From Ptychomitrium polyphyllum (taxonomy: Eukaryota): a stretch of 64,000 bases of DNA. The notes under the pieces were generated by a model. The model was not told the DNA's origin. It saw only the letters and a list, made by a program, of their open reading frames with translations, and searched no databases. Location: contig OZ316775.1 of NCBI GenBank assembly GCA_973851085.1, positions 12,896,001 through 12,960,000 on the forward strand, read 5' to 3'. The position numbers were made by a program, and so were the translations under genes. Below, one piece after another: positions 1-13,115 of this stretch (within the stretch, counting starts at the first letter, position 1; each line of letters begins with the position of its first letter).

Positions 1-1030
1 TTCGATGTAAGCCTTTCTTTTTAATATTGGCCTCTTGCAATCAAACAACCTCTTGGTATAGGCTTTGAATATCACCATTGGATTCTTCAGCTTGCCGAGT
101 GTGGTGCTTCAAATTGTTGGTGGTATTAAAACGGGCGAGTTCCGTTGGAACTGTGTTTAATAACTCTTGAAGGTCTGCAATAGTTGCAAACCTATTATCT
201 GATGTTCCAGGCATGTTATTCAGTTCTTAAGACTCTCAAAGACAGAAAGACTATGAGTACCTTCAAAGGAGGAAAATCCACGTCCTTTGAAAGAAGTAAC
301 ACTTAGTTCTAGAAGGAGAAACCAACTCTATGGTGCCAGCTTAGAGGAGGATAATCCGCAACCTCTAAGATGCTATGGAATTCTCAAGAAGATGAATAAT
401 GCACAATCTTCTTCAAAGAACCTTAGCTCTAACAAAGATGAAAAGTAGTCTTGCCAAACTGTTAGGGACACAAGAAACAAGAAGCAAAAACGAAGTGCTT
501 CCTAAGAATTAGCTTCCAAAGAGCTAATGATTAACAAGAATTTGATACAAAGACTAGAACAAGGCAAGATTCAAGATGATCCACAACTTGTGTTGGCAAG
601 ACTAAGGAATACCTTGTCTTGCCTCTTATTTATACTATGACGTTTGTATCTCCTAGGATACTTCTAAAGAAGCTTCCTATAAGGCTTAAGAATGTTCTGG
701 AAGTCTAGGAAACCTTCCCAAGAGGTTTTCCAAGATATTAGAACCTTCCTAAGAGTCTTCTAAGGAGTTGGAATCTTCCTTGGAAGTTTCCTAAGGTAGG
801 GGAATCTTCTTAGGAAGTTTCCTAAAGAAGTAGAACCTTCCTAGGAAGTTATCTAAGATGATTGAACCTTCCTAGGAATTTTCCTAAGGAGGAGGAACTT
901 TTCTAGGAAGCTTCCTATAAACATAGATAGGATTATGGAGACATCTAAAAGTATTCTAAGAAGCTATTATAGTATAGTAGAAGGTATAGACTGTTCTAAG
1001 CACTATGTTGCATGATCTATATCCGTAACA
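1..1030 (-). mobile_element. 5' end of a Ty3/gypsy chromovirus, family 1 (probably P. patens RLG1-type, Tcn1 clade): 5' LTR 460-1030, leader, start of gag; runs off the window
   Basis: LTR with TG...CA ends at 460-1030. Positions 1-834 are the reverse complement of 53254-54087 (LTR, leader and gag start of the near-complete element). Confidence 0.93.
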
Positions 1031-4000
1031 GGTGTAACACTTCAAATATTGTTCTAAAATTTGGTAGATTTGCTTTCTTTATTAATAGAAGGTTGAAGAA
1101 AGTTGATATCCACCTTGAGAATTCCAAAGAGCGATTTTCAAAATCTAGATTTGCACTTTGATCCACAATCCAATACACTATTGTGGAGTAATCCATAATA
1201 ATGATAGATATTATCCATGAAGACTACAGCAGTTTCATCAGCCGTAATTGTCTTCTTGCAAAAATATAAAATGTGCCATTTTGGTCATTTGGTCTATAAC
1301 AATAAAGATGGAATAAAAAGAATTTGATGGTAGAAGATGTGTAATAAAATCTATTGATACTAACAACCATGGTTGCTTTAAATTAGGCATTAGTTGAAGA
1401 AGTCCATATGAATAGTATTGTACTATAAATAGTTATATGGCATAAAACTTAGTTAATATGTATTGTTTTGTGGATTTTGATTTATTGTATTTTTAAAAGG
1501 AGTACCTGAATGAAAAGAAAATTTAGGTGAAAAGGATTGTGGTAAAACCACGGTTTTGAGTATCTTGGAAGCAAAACTGCATCTTGTCTTAGCTCGCAGT
1601 GAAGGCACCGATTGACTGCGTTATTTTCCTGCCTGCCGTTCTCACTAGTAGTATTAAGCCAAGTGCCGCCATCCCAATCAACGAATCCAACGAGAATCAA
1701 ACTTGGACCGGTTCTGTATTTGAATTTTATCCAGTCAACCAAGTTCATGGCTTGGTGTTTGATTTTGCCTCAACAGTGACTTTATATTCATTGAACTTCA
1801 ATTTTTTCCATATTTTCTTCCTTTTATTTCAGTTTTATTTTCCTAATTTAGATTTGTGAGGATTGATTTTGTCTTCCTTTGTAGTTTGGAATGTAGAAGT
1901 TTCAACCAAAGGAAAGAAAAGAAAGAAAAGCAAAATAAAAGGATTTAGGTTGTTTTTTATTTGAAGATACGGTTAGATAAGGGTTTAATAAAGGAGACTA
2001 GAAGTTGATGTGGAGAGATAAGGCTGATGTGGAGTAATAAAAGGCGGATGTGGCGGTTTAACCACCACCTGCTTCTTCCCTCTCAGCCTCACCCACTTGT
2101 TACTTAAAGCAGTCCTTCCTTCGATCATATTTCATAGTACACTTTTTTGTTTGAGTTGACTTTTGTTGAATTTTCTTTTTTTCCTTATTAGTTCTTTAAG
2201 ATGTTATCACAAGCTCTATTTGAAGTTAGTGTGTGACCGTGGTTTTAGTTTGAGTATAATTGATTCAACTGCCTTGAGTTTCAGGAAGCAGCTGCTTTGG
2301 GTGCTTATAACTTTTTGTGTATTTAAAATTTGGTAATAAATTTTGGAAAGTAATATTTTGACTACTTTAAGATAATATTGTAAAAATTTGGAGAAAAAGA
2401 GGCTTGAATTGAGATAAATATAAGAAAAATTGTAGTCAGGACTTTGAGAGTTGTATACAACAAAGTTGAGGTTGTACATTTTGGGCCATAAGAGAAGATT
2501 GAAGGAATTTTTGAGGTTGATCTTTTAGTGAAGTGTTTGTTATAAGATGAGTAATTTATGTGTAAATTTTCAAATTATAGTTGTAATAGAAGGGAAGTTA
2601 TGAAGGAGTAAATTAGAGGGGGTCTACGAGTTGTGTTGTGGGAAGTGAGAACTTTGAAAGCATGGTTTTCAATGTTTATAGTAGTTATGATTACAAAATT
2701 CTTGCCATAGTTTTTATATGCCTCAAAAACATAATGTCAAAATATCAGGTTCATTAAACTTTTATAATGAGAAATATGAGCAAAATTGTAAGCGGATTTA
2801 TGGTGGCAGTATGTAGTTATGGTTTGGGTTTGGATTGTGATTTTTATAAAGCTTAAAAAGCATGATCAAAAAACTCTTTAACTTAAATGACTAGGTAAAT
2901 ATTATCTTGTCAACTTGTTGAAAGATTCAAAGGAGCTAGAGGCCAAGTGCATTCTCAAAGCAAGGCTCTTTTATCACAACAACGGTATGGAGGGTTTTTC
3001 AATATAGACCAGGTATCACAGGAGTTTACAAACTCTTGAACGGCCTTTGACATTTGAGGCATTTTAAAGTCTTTGGAGAGCAGTTCTAAGGTTTTGTTGA
3101 ATCCAAAATATCTAGCTGCTTAAAATTCATGCTCTGTTTGAAGTACACGTAGACAAACTAGTCTTTCAAAAATATATAGATGTTCTATAAAGTAGAGAAG
3201 GTTGTCTTCTATTTTGTCTTAGACACATCTTCAAGGAGATTGTTGGAACAATACTTGATATTAAGAATAAGATGGTCCTTGGTAGATGCCACTTGCACCT
3301 AGTCAAAGAGCGATGAATCTACTAGAATTAAAATGGTAGTTGTGCTTATACACAAAAATTTGATTTTCAACAAAGGTTCTTGTTGTTGATCATGTATTAT
3401 TTTTTCCTTTTTTGGAACAAGGTATGATTCGTTTGACAAAGCATTTGATAATCCTTGATGTTTTTAGATTGATATGTGATTTAATAATTAAATTGAGATA
3501 AAGACATATTCCAACGAGCTTCGCGGTGATTCAAAAGACGAGCTGAGATAAAATATTCTAAGTTTTTGTGATTTGTATATATAATGATTGGATGTGCGAC
3601 ACCTTCAAGCAAATGACGCCATTCTTAGAAGGAATCCACAATTGCAAGGAATTCTTTGTCATGAATCCTGCAGTTGATTTTTGCAATTGAATTTTTTTGG
3701 GAATGATTTGCAATTGGATGGAGTCTTTTTTCTGCTCCAGTTTGAAACAAAACAGCTCCTAGTGCAAAGTTGGAAGCATCTGTCTTCAGATATAATTATT
3801 TTGGAAAGTTCAAATTGACCAGAATAAGAGTAGTGGTAAAAGCTTGATTCAAACTTTAAAATGCATACTTAGCATCGGATCCCCACTCAAGCTTTTCCTT
3901 GCATATTAGTTGCGTGAATGGTGCAGGTTTTGAAAAATAGTCTTTGATGAATATCCTATAGAAGTTTGCAAATCTAAAAATGCATTGGACATCATATATT

Positions 4001-7000
4001 GATTTTGGCCTTGTCCAATTGCTAATTGCTTCAACCTTCTTTGGATCCATTAATAGTCCTTTGTTGGAGATAATATATCCAAGGAATTCCACCTAAAGTT
4101 TGTGAAATACACATTTTTCCAGCTTGACATAGAAACCGACATGTCGTAGCTTTTGTAGGACTATGCGGACATGTTGTTCATATTCCTCTGGATTCTTTGA
4201 ATAGATCAAGATATCATCTAAATAGCATACAACAAAATCATTGAGGTACTCCCAAAGTATGTCATTCATCAAGTGATGAAAAATGGCAAGTACGTTAGTA
4301 AATCCAAAAAGCATGACATTGTATTTAAAATGTCCATACCTTATTTGAAAAGCCGTTTTCCATTTGTCTCCTTTTTTGATGTGCACTAAATTGTAGGCTC
4401 CTTGCAGGTCTATTTTGGTATAGATCTTTGCTTAGCCAAGTTGATTAAGAAGCCTAGATATCAACGGCAATTGATATTGGTTCTTCACTATTTATTTATT
4501 GAGGCCACAATAATCGACACACATTCATAAAGATCCATCTTTCTTCTTTACAAAAAGTATTGGAACACCAGTAGGAGATTTTGAATTTTGAATAAAGTTC
4601 TTAGCTAAGTTTTCATCAATATCCTCCTTCAGTGATGAAAGCTCGTTTTGGGATAAATTCTAGATATGTCCAAATGGTGGCTAGGCGCCATCTTGGAGGT
4701 CTATGGCATAGTCAAAGGAATGATGTTCTGATAGGGTGTCTGCATTCTTCTTTTTGAATACATTCTTAAATTCTTTATATTTTTTTGTAATGATTGAAGA
4801 TGAAGCCACAACTTTAGACGTTAAAATTGCATACATAGCAAAAGAAGCACCAGTCTTTGCCGCTCTCATAAATGCTTTAGGTCCAATGAAGAGAGGTTTT
4901 ATGGTTTTAGACCTGTAAGATGGTTCAGCTTCTTTTGTAGGCTTTGTAGTTACAGATTTTAATGATGGAAATTATATTTTGCGGGATGTTTAATCTATTT
5001 GCGGGTTAATTTTTAAGCCAAGAAAGCCCTAGAATGGTGGAATTTGATGGAGACCTAATGACATTAAATATCATTTGGCTACTATGATTGTTCAATGTTA
5101 TAATTAATGGATTGGTCTCATGAATAACATCTCTAGAAAATAATGGTCAAGCATCTATGACTTCTACATGGATGGATTAGGATTTTTTAATTAAAAGAAA
5201 CTTATGAGTTTTCATGAATTTTTTGTCAATAAAGCAAGCAAAGCCTCTTAAATTTATAAGAGCAAGGCTTTTGAGCTTCTAAACACCCAAAAAAACAGGT
5301 ATAGTAAAACCAAAGGAAGGATGGAGTGATAGAACAAGATTTTTTTTTTCTTACAAAAGAAGCAAATTCAATCGCACAATTTTTACTGTAGCTGGACATC
5401 CTCGTTTTTCTACAATGCATTTGGCATGGTGGTTGTATCTCTCATCCGTTAAGTACATGGAGGTTTCTCTGGACAGTTATCAACCTTGTAATTGGATTTT
5501 CCATAGTACAAACACAACCTTTGTTTTCTTTGTCGCTTCTTTTGATGTTTGAAAAGGTGCTTGAAGCGAGCCGCATCAATTTACATGGCTTTCACTCCCA
5601 AATATTTATTGGAGGTAGACGAGGCTGCAGTTATTGAAAAGCTGGTGTAACGCAAAGGTGTAATGAAAGTCTGTTTAACTTGTTGATGATGAAATAGACA
5701 ATTATCACACTTTAAAGCTTAGCTGATGGCCTCATCAAGTGTTTAGGGATTTGGCATGGATAGCAATAAATCCTTAATCTTGTCGCGTATGCCATAATGA
5801 AATTGACTCATCAGTGCTCCTTCTCCCCAATTGATGTCGCATGCAAGTTGTCAAAATTCCGATGCATAAATTGATATAGAATGTAGCCCTTAGCGCAAGG
5901 CATGAATTTTAGTAGTTGCAGATTGAAGCTTGTGATGGTCACCAAATGCTATTGCAAACGCGGCTAGGAACGCATCAAAGTTGCTAAGTGTGAAAGAATT
6001 TTTCTTCAAAAGTGGTGCAAATCTGGACAATGCTTGTCCTAAGTGCAACGTTCCTACCAAATCAACACGCAAAGCGTTTGTTGAATACTGTAGAGTTTGA
6101 AGCAAGGTAACAATTTGAAGTTGGTTTACAAAGCCTCAAAGTTCAAACGCGTACCATCAAACTTCTTTAGAAGGCTGATTCTTGATTCTTTGGATGTTGA
6201 CATTAGATTCTTAGCTTGAACTTGCCCGTCATCTACCAAATCAGCTCTAAATAATGAAACACCTAATCTGACTTGGAGTAGCAACTGCGGTGCTTCTGTT
6301 GCTTAACAATTGTGCATAGGTCAAATATAGTTCTATTTTTTTCTTAGATAAAATTTTGACCTTGATCCTCAATGCTTCAAGGGCATTAATAATGGAATCT
6401 AACTTTATTTTTTTGAATCAATTATATTGACTTCTTCACCGTATGGCATAAAAATGAAATGGAAATAAATAAAAATTGCTAACTACGTATGAATCTAAAG
6501 AAAATTCAAGAAGAAATATTAGTTCAAAGGAGGGTAATCTGCAACAACTAGAATGTCATAGTGCTTTCAGAAAAGAAGGGTGATCCGCTTTCTATCAAGA
6601 AAGACAAAGCTGTGATATTATTGTATATCAATCTCGACAAATCGTTATAGGAAAAGTAAACACAAGACAAGGCTGCAGGATTCTAAGATGCGATACAAGA
6701 TAAGTCCAAGTATATTAGAAGTATAGAGCTACAACAAGGTACAAAAAACAAATCTAGAAGGTCTATGCTAGACTACGAGAGATGTATTGTCAAGACTGAA
6801 AAGCTGTTCAGCTTCAATTCCTATATATATCCAAGAACTATAAGCCTTAGAAGCTTTTTGAGAAGCTTCACCTACATTGCTTTATACTCAAGCAACCTTA
6901 AGTTGCTTCCTTAGAAGTTACCTAAGTCAAGGTAATTTCCTCGAAAGCTTCTTCAGTCGAGGCAACTTCTTTGGAAGCTTTTTAATCCAAGATAACTTCC

Positions 7001-7093
7001 TTAGAAGTTTTTTAAGTCAAGGAAACTTCCTTAGAAGCTTTCTACAACTTCTAAGAACCTTTCTTGATGCTTCTAATATGTATGTCCGTGACA
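1031..7093 (-). mobile_element. Decayed Ty3/gypsy chromovirus, family 2 (5' LTR 6643-7093, gag, PR, RT, RNaseH, integrase to ...EQYLKC), interrupted by a solo LTR at 1416-2981
   Basis: ORFs 4093-4386 (KTAF..YG.F.YNVM.FG, YLDDILIYS), 3856-4092 (EFLGYIIS) and 5890-6105 (gag); LTR ending GTGACA at 7093; many stops and frameshifts. Confidence 0.92.
1416..2981. mobile_element. ~1.57-kb solo-LTR-like insertion (copy 1), inverted relative to 38452-40017
   Basis: Ends TaTTGT...ACAACA; decayed 4-bp TSD ATAG/ACGG; removing it restores the host integrase frame (PPYR-SYGLL). Confidence 0.8.
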
Positions 7094-8187
7094 CACCAAA
7101 CGCTACTTCAAACGCGGCTAAAAACGCATCAAAGTTGCTAAGTTTGAGAGAATTCTTTTCAAAAAGTAGTGCAAACCAGGACAATGCTTGTCATGAAAGC
7201 AACATTCCTATCAAACCAATACGCAAAGCCTCCATAGGATACCATTGAGGTTGAAGCAAGGTAACAAGTTGAGCTTGGTTTACAAAGCCTTGAAATTTTG
7301 AACGAGTATTGATAAATTTCTCTACACGGTTGATTCTTGGTTCTTTGATTTTTGACATTGGACTAACGGCTCAAATTTGTCTTTATTTTGTATCAAGTCT
7401 AAATTATGAAGTTCTTACAATGAGTTGGATTAGCAATTGCAGTGATTTTGTTGCTTGACCATTGTGAATAGTCAAATATAGTTTTTTGTTTTGCTTGGAT
7501 AAAGTCTTCGTCTTAATCTTAATGCTTCAAAAAAAGTTGATGAGGGAATCTAATTTGGCTTTTTTTTAATTAGTCATATTGACTTCTTCATTTTTTGCAA
7601 TAGAAATGGAACAAAAACCAATAAAAAAATGCTTAATATACACAGTAATAAAAAACTCAAAAAATTCAGGAATCAAAATCAATGTAAAGGAAGGTAATCC
7701 GCAACCTCTAAAGTGCCGTAGCGCTTTCAAGACAAGGGAAGATCCACTCTTTTTCAAGAAAAACCAAGCTCAAATTTTACTATATGACAATTATAGCAAA
7801 TTGTTAAGTACACAATAATTATAGACAAGGCTTTAGGATTACAGGATGTAGAATAAAATAAGTCCAAGGTATATTATAATTATAGAGCTATAATAAAATA
7901 TAAAGACAAGGTTGAAATGTTTGAGCTACACTACAAGAAACGTGTTGTCAAAACTGAAGATTCTTTCAGCCTTGCTTCCTACATAAACTACAACTATAAG
8001 CCTTGGAAATTCTTGGGAAGCTTTTACTACACTGCTCTGTACTTGGGCAACCATGAATTGTTTACTTTGAAGCTTCCTCAGCCAAGATATTTTCTTTGGA
8101 AATCTCCTAAGTCAAATAACATACTTAGAAGCTTTCTAAACCCTCTCACCATCTAACTAAATGCTTTTAATATGTAAATTTAATACA
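7094..8187 (-). mobile_element. 5' fragment of another family-2 element (LTR 7802-8187, leader, gag start)
   Basis: Homologous to about 5940-7093; LTR TGTTAA...ATACA. Confidence 0.85.
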
Positions 8188-11100
8188 GCTGGTACATTAT
8201 GTTGCAAGAAAGGTACTACTTTGAAATTTGATTCACATGTTTGGTTTGACTATTAGTTTGAAGATGGTGTGCTGAAGAAAGGTTGATCTTCATGCGAAAC
8301 AGCTAGAATAGAGCCCTCCAATAGTTGGAAATGAACCACGGCCCTCAATCGGATACAATATCATTTGGTAGTCCATATATGCGGTATATGTGATTTAAGA
8401 ATAACTTAGCAGTTTCTTCTTCCATTGCCGTCTTGGTGCATGGAATGAAATACGCCATCTTGGTAAACCAATCCACCACTATTAAAATTAAAATCCTTAG
8501 AATTGGAGTTTGGAAGGTTTGTGATAAAATCCATTGACAATGACAACCATGGACCCTTTGGCACTAGAAGCGGATGGAGGAGACCATGAGGTTGGTGTCT
8601 TGGTTTCTTGGCCCTTGCACAAGTGTCGCATGATTGAACAAAGTCCTTCACATACTTCCACATTTGTGGCCACCAATAATCTCTAGCAATCAAGTCCATT
8701 GTTTTATCGAATCCAAAATGCCCTATTGTTGGAAAATCATGATGTGTTTGAAGGATCTTCAATTGCATAGGACTTGGAAGTAGGTACAAAACTCTTTTAT
8801 AGTAAAGTAGGCCCTTTTGGAACTCAAAGTCTTCATTGTTATTTGAAGGATTTTTGTTGTTTTTGAGGCGCTTCCTCATATTTGAAATAAAGACATCATT
8901 CTTCAAAGCCGTCCAAATTTTGTCAACATGGAATGTTGTTGTAATAATTGTTGCTTTCAATTGGAGATTCTATGGCTTCAATAAAACAATCTTTTATTGA
9001 TCCAATATATCATTTTCAGATTGAAGAGCTAAATAAGCTCTTTGATATAAAGCATTTGGCTTATTTTATAGGCTACCAGTTTGATAAGTAATGACAAAGT
9101 CAAATTTGGAAAGCAACATATTCTACCCTATTTGATGACAATTTAAAACACGCACACTCATGAATTATTCCAAGTTCTTTTGGTCTATGTATATTGTGGT
9201 GGTAAATTGAGCTCCTTCCAACAAGCGCCGCCATTCTTGAAACGCATCTACAATTGCAAGTAATTCCTTATCATGTATATCATAGTTGATTTCTACAGCT
9301 GAAAATTTTCTTAAATAAAAGGCAATATGGTGAAGTCTCTTGCCTTCATCATATTGTAAGAGTACTGAGCCAAGTGCAAAATTTGAAGCATCCGCTTCCA
9401 AATAGAAAGGCATTGATGGAATTGAATGAATAAGGATTGGAGCCAACGTGAATGATTTCTTAAGACCTTGAAATGCTCTTTCTGCATCTTTATTCCAAGT
9501 GAATTTTTGCTTTCCTGTAAGTTATATTAATGGTGTTACAATCTTGGAATAGTCCTTGATGAATATCCTATAGAAGTTTGCAAATTTTTAAAAGCATTGA
9601 ATATTTCAAATTGATCTTGGCATACTGCACTCCATGATAGTGCTTATTTTCTTCACATACATATGGATTCTTTCTTTAGAAATGATGTAGCTCAAAAATT
9701 CAACCAAGGTCTTATGGAAAAGGCACTTCTATAATTGGATATTTAATCCTCACTAGCAAAGTTTTTCTAAAATTAATCGCACATGATATTTTTCATCTTA
9801 TTCAATCTTTGAATGTATCAAAATATCATTCAAGTAGTTGACTACAAAATTGTCCAAGTGTTTCATGGAAGTTATCATTCATCATGTATTGGAAGATTGG
9901 AGGGGCATTAATAAGGCCAAAAAATATGCCATTGTATTGAAAATGGCTATATTTAAATTGAAAAGTTGTCTTCCATTTGTCTCCTTCTTTCATACATACA
10001 AGGTTTTAGGCTCATTTAAGACCAATCTTGGTGAATAAGTTTGCTTGGCCAAATTGCTGTAGGAATTTGAAATTAATGGTAATGGATAATGATTTTTCTT
10101 GATTACTTTATTGAGGCCTTAATAGTCAACGTACATACGTAATGATCCATTTTTTTTCTCTACAAGTAGAATGGGTGCTTTAACAGGATATTTAGAATGT
10201 TGAATGAAGCCCTTTTCAAGGTTTTCATCAATATATTCTCTCAAGGCAGTCTACTTAGTTTGTGATCGATTATGTACAAGTTCAAAAGATGATTGGACTC
10301 TTTTTTGCAACTCGATGGTACAACTGTAAGGCTAATGTTTTGATAATATGTTCACATTTTTTTTTCTTAGAAACGTCTATATAATCTTGGTATTGACAAG
10401 ATATGCCTTGATTGATCTCTGATATAGAGTCGGACATTGGCATAGCATAAATGGCATAGATTGGTTTATCGTTTACCGCTCTCATGAATGCCTTAGCTCC
10501 AATAAATGAAGGTAATAGATTTCTTGTACTTTGACATCGTTTCCTTGAGATCACACTTCGTGAGCACCAATCAATGTTTGGATTATGTAATTTAAACCAA
10601 AGTTGGCTCAAGACAATAGGATTTATTTGGCATTGAATGATGCTAAAAAAAATCTTAGATGTTAGGTTTCTTAAAACAACCTCCAAAGATTGAGTTTCTT
10701 CAATTATATTGCCAAATTCAAGAGATTGTCCATTGATAACTTCAATAAGTGCGGGATATTCTTTGTTTACAAGCATCATGTGGTGGTTTGTTGCAAAGTC
10801 CTTATAAATGAAGCATATTATTGCACTTGTGTCCAAAAGAGCTTCACTACCTATTTCATTATTTAACATATTGATTTTTATAGGAAAGATAAAGTAAAAA
10901 GTAGGGATTGGAGGTAGCAAGAGAGCTTGATTTGATAGTCGTTTTTTAAAATGTTTAGTTGCATGGTCATTATTATGACTAAGTTACTATGTTTTCCAAC
11001 TTTTTAATTGTGTTTTGAACCTTAAAGGCAGATCCTTTGATTTAGTAGTTGCGCACTTCATGTTTAAGCTAGCTACAATATAAACAAAGATTTTTTCTTT

Positions 11101-12745
11101 ACTGCCTTTTATTTTATTTAAGAATCAAATGTTCAAATTGATCAGCATCAATTTACATAGGTCCTGATCCTTGTAGTCAACTTTCCAATACTTTTGAAGA
11201 AGTGGTTGTCATACCTTAATGTACTGTTTTCCATTCCTAGCGTTGTTCTTGGCGTTTCTCAAATAGTCTATTATCACATGCTATTACTTGAATGATGAAT
11301 TTATCTAATGTTTCAGCCTTTGGCATTTTTTATAGCAAATTTTTCACATTTTCTTTTAGGCCCCATCAAAACATGTGACCAAAGCTTTATTATTCCAATC
11401 AAAGTTGCAAGCTAGTTGTTGAAACTCTACAATATATGTAGCAACTAAGCAATGTCCTTATTGTAGAATCTAGATCCTTGTTTTAGCCACCCTCTTTCGG
11501 TCAATGTCTCCAAAAATAGATGCCAATGCTTTTATGAATGCATCCAAGTTGTTCAATAATAGTGATTGTTTTTTTTATTAATGGTACAAATCACGATAAT
11601 ACGTTGTTTGATAAAAGAGTGGTTACAAATCCCACTTGAATTGTGCCATCAGGATAACAAAATTGATGCAAACTAAGGTAGAACTTTATTTGTTGAACAA
11701 AGCCTTTCAAATTTGATCTCAATCCATCAACCTTTTATAATTTACTAATCTTTGGCTTAGCATGGTTTTGATATAAGCCTTTCCTTCTAATATTGGCCTC
11801 TAGCAATTAAACTACCTCTTGATATAGACTTTAAATATTGCCATTGGATCATTCAATTTGCCGAGTATGTTGTTCTAAATTGTTGGTGGTGTTGAAGCGA
11901 GTGACTTTTGTTTGAACTATATTTAATAATTCTTGAAGGTTTGCACTAGTTGCAAATCTATGCTATGATGTTTTTGGCACATTATCCATTACTTCAACTA
12001 TCAAAAACAAAAAAACTATGAATAGCTTCAAAAGAGGTTAATCCACATCCTTTAAAAGATAGATCATTCTTCAAAAAAAGTAGTAATTGCTTTTGGAAGA
12101 AGAAACTACATTTATAGTGCCAGCTTAGAAGAGGGTAATCCGCAACTTTTAAAACGCTATGAAATCCGCAAGAAGATGGGTAATCCACTATCTTCTTCAA
12201 AGAACCTTAGCTCTGACAAAGTTGAAGAGTAGTCGTGCCAAACTATTAGGGACATAAGAAACAAGAAGCAGAAACAAATTGTTTCCCAAAAATTAGCTTC
12301 CAAAGAGCTAACAATTAACAAGAACTTGATACAAAGACTAGAAGAAGGCACAATACAATATGATTTACAACTTTTGCTGGCAAAACTAAGATATACCTTG
12401 TCTTGCCTTCTATTTATTCTATAACGTTTGTATCTTTTAAGATACATCTAAAGAAGCTTCCTACAAGACTTTAAAATATTCTAGAAGTCTATGGAACCTT
12501 CTCAAGAAGTTTTTCTAAGATGTTGGAACTTTCTTAAGTAGCTTACAAAAAGTTGGTACCTTCTTTGGAAGTTTTCTCAAGTAGTGGAACCTTTTCAGGA
12601 AGTTTCTTGAGGTGGTGGAACCTTCCTTAGAAATTTTCCTAAAGAGTTGAAAATGGGTATGGAGACATTTGAAAATATTCTAAGAAGCTACTATAATATA
12701 TTCAAAAATTCTAATGATTTTGTTGCATGATATATGTTTGTTACA
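8188..12745 (-). mobile_element. 5' two-thirds of a decayed family-1 chromovirus (5' LTR 12244-12745, gag, PR, RT, RNaseH, integrase); its 3' part appears to be at 61257-63168
   Basis: ORFs 10282-10920 (ALLDTSA protease), 9165-9446 (RNaseH, EADAS..ALG), 8406-8960 (integrase HHCC). Confidence 0.93.
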
Positions 12746-13022
12746 ACTTGTGATTTTTCTACACTAAGTTACTTCACACAAAAGGGTATATATAGCACAG
12801 TAAACTCAAATTATTAATGAACACAAAGTTAAAAATCATTATTTCTTTTTCTACTTATCAATTTATTTCTTTATTTCATTATAATTTTACTTATAGCTTA
12901 ATGTAATATGATTTCAATATGTAAACTATTATTGCACTGGCTATTTTATTCTAGAAGTATTCAATTGCATTTTACTTGCAAAAAAATTTGAAAACAAGCA
13001 TAAAAAAAACAAAAAGCAAATA

Positions 13023-13029
<7 letters not shown>

Positions 13030-13099
<70 letters not shown>

Positions 13100-13115
13100 T
13101 ATATAAATAAATAAT
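13030..13115. repeat. Compound microsatellite (TA)n followed by (TTTA)n
   Basis: Read directly from the sequence. Confidence 0.95.

Noticed and set aside
1482..2479. Duplicated 86-88 aa ORFs (also 38954-39951) as conserved genes
   Set aside because: They lie inside near-identical LTR copies; identity reflects DNA duplication or conversion, and no protein motifs are recognisable.
1..12745. Simple segmental duplication explaining the identical blocks
   Set aside because: The three blocks have different orientations, offsets and flanks, so one duplication cannot produce them.
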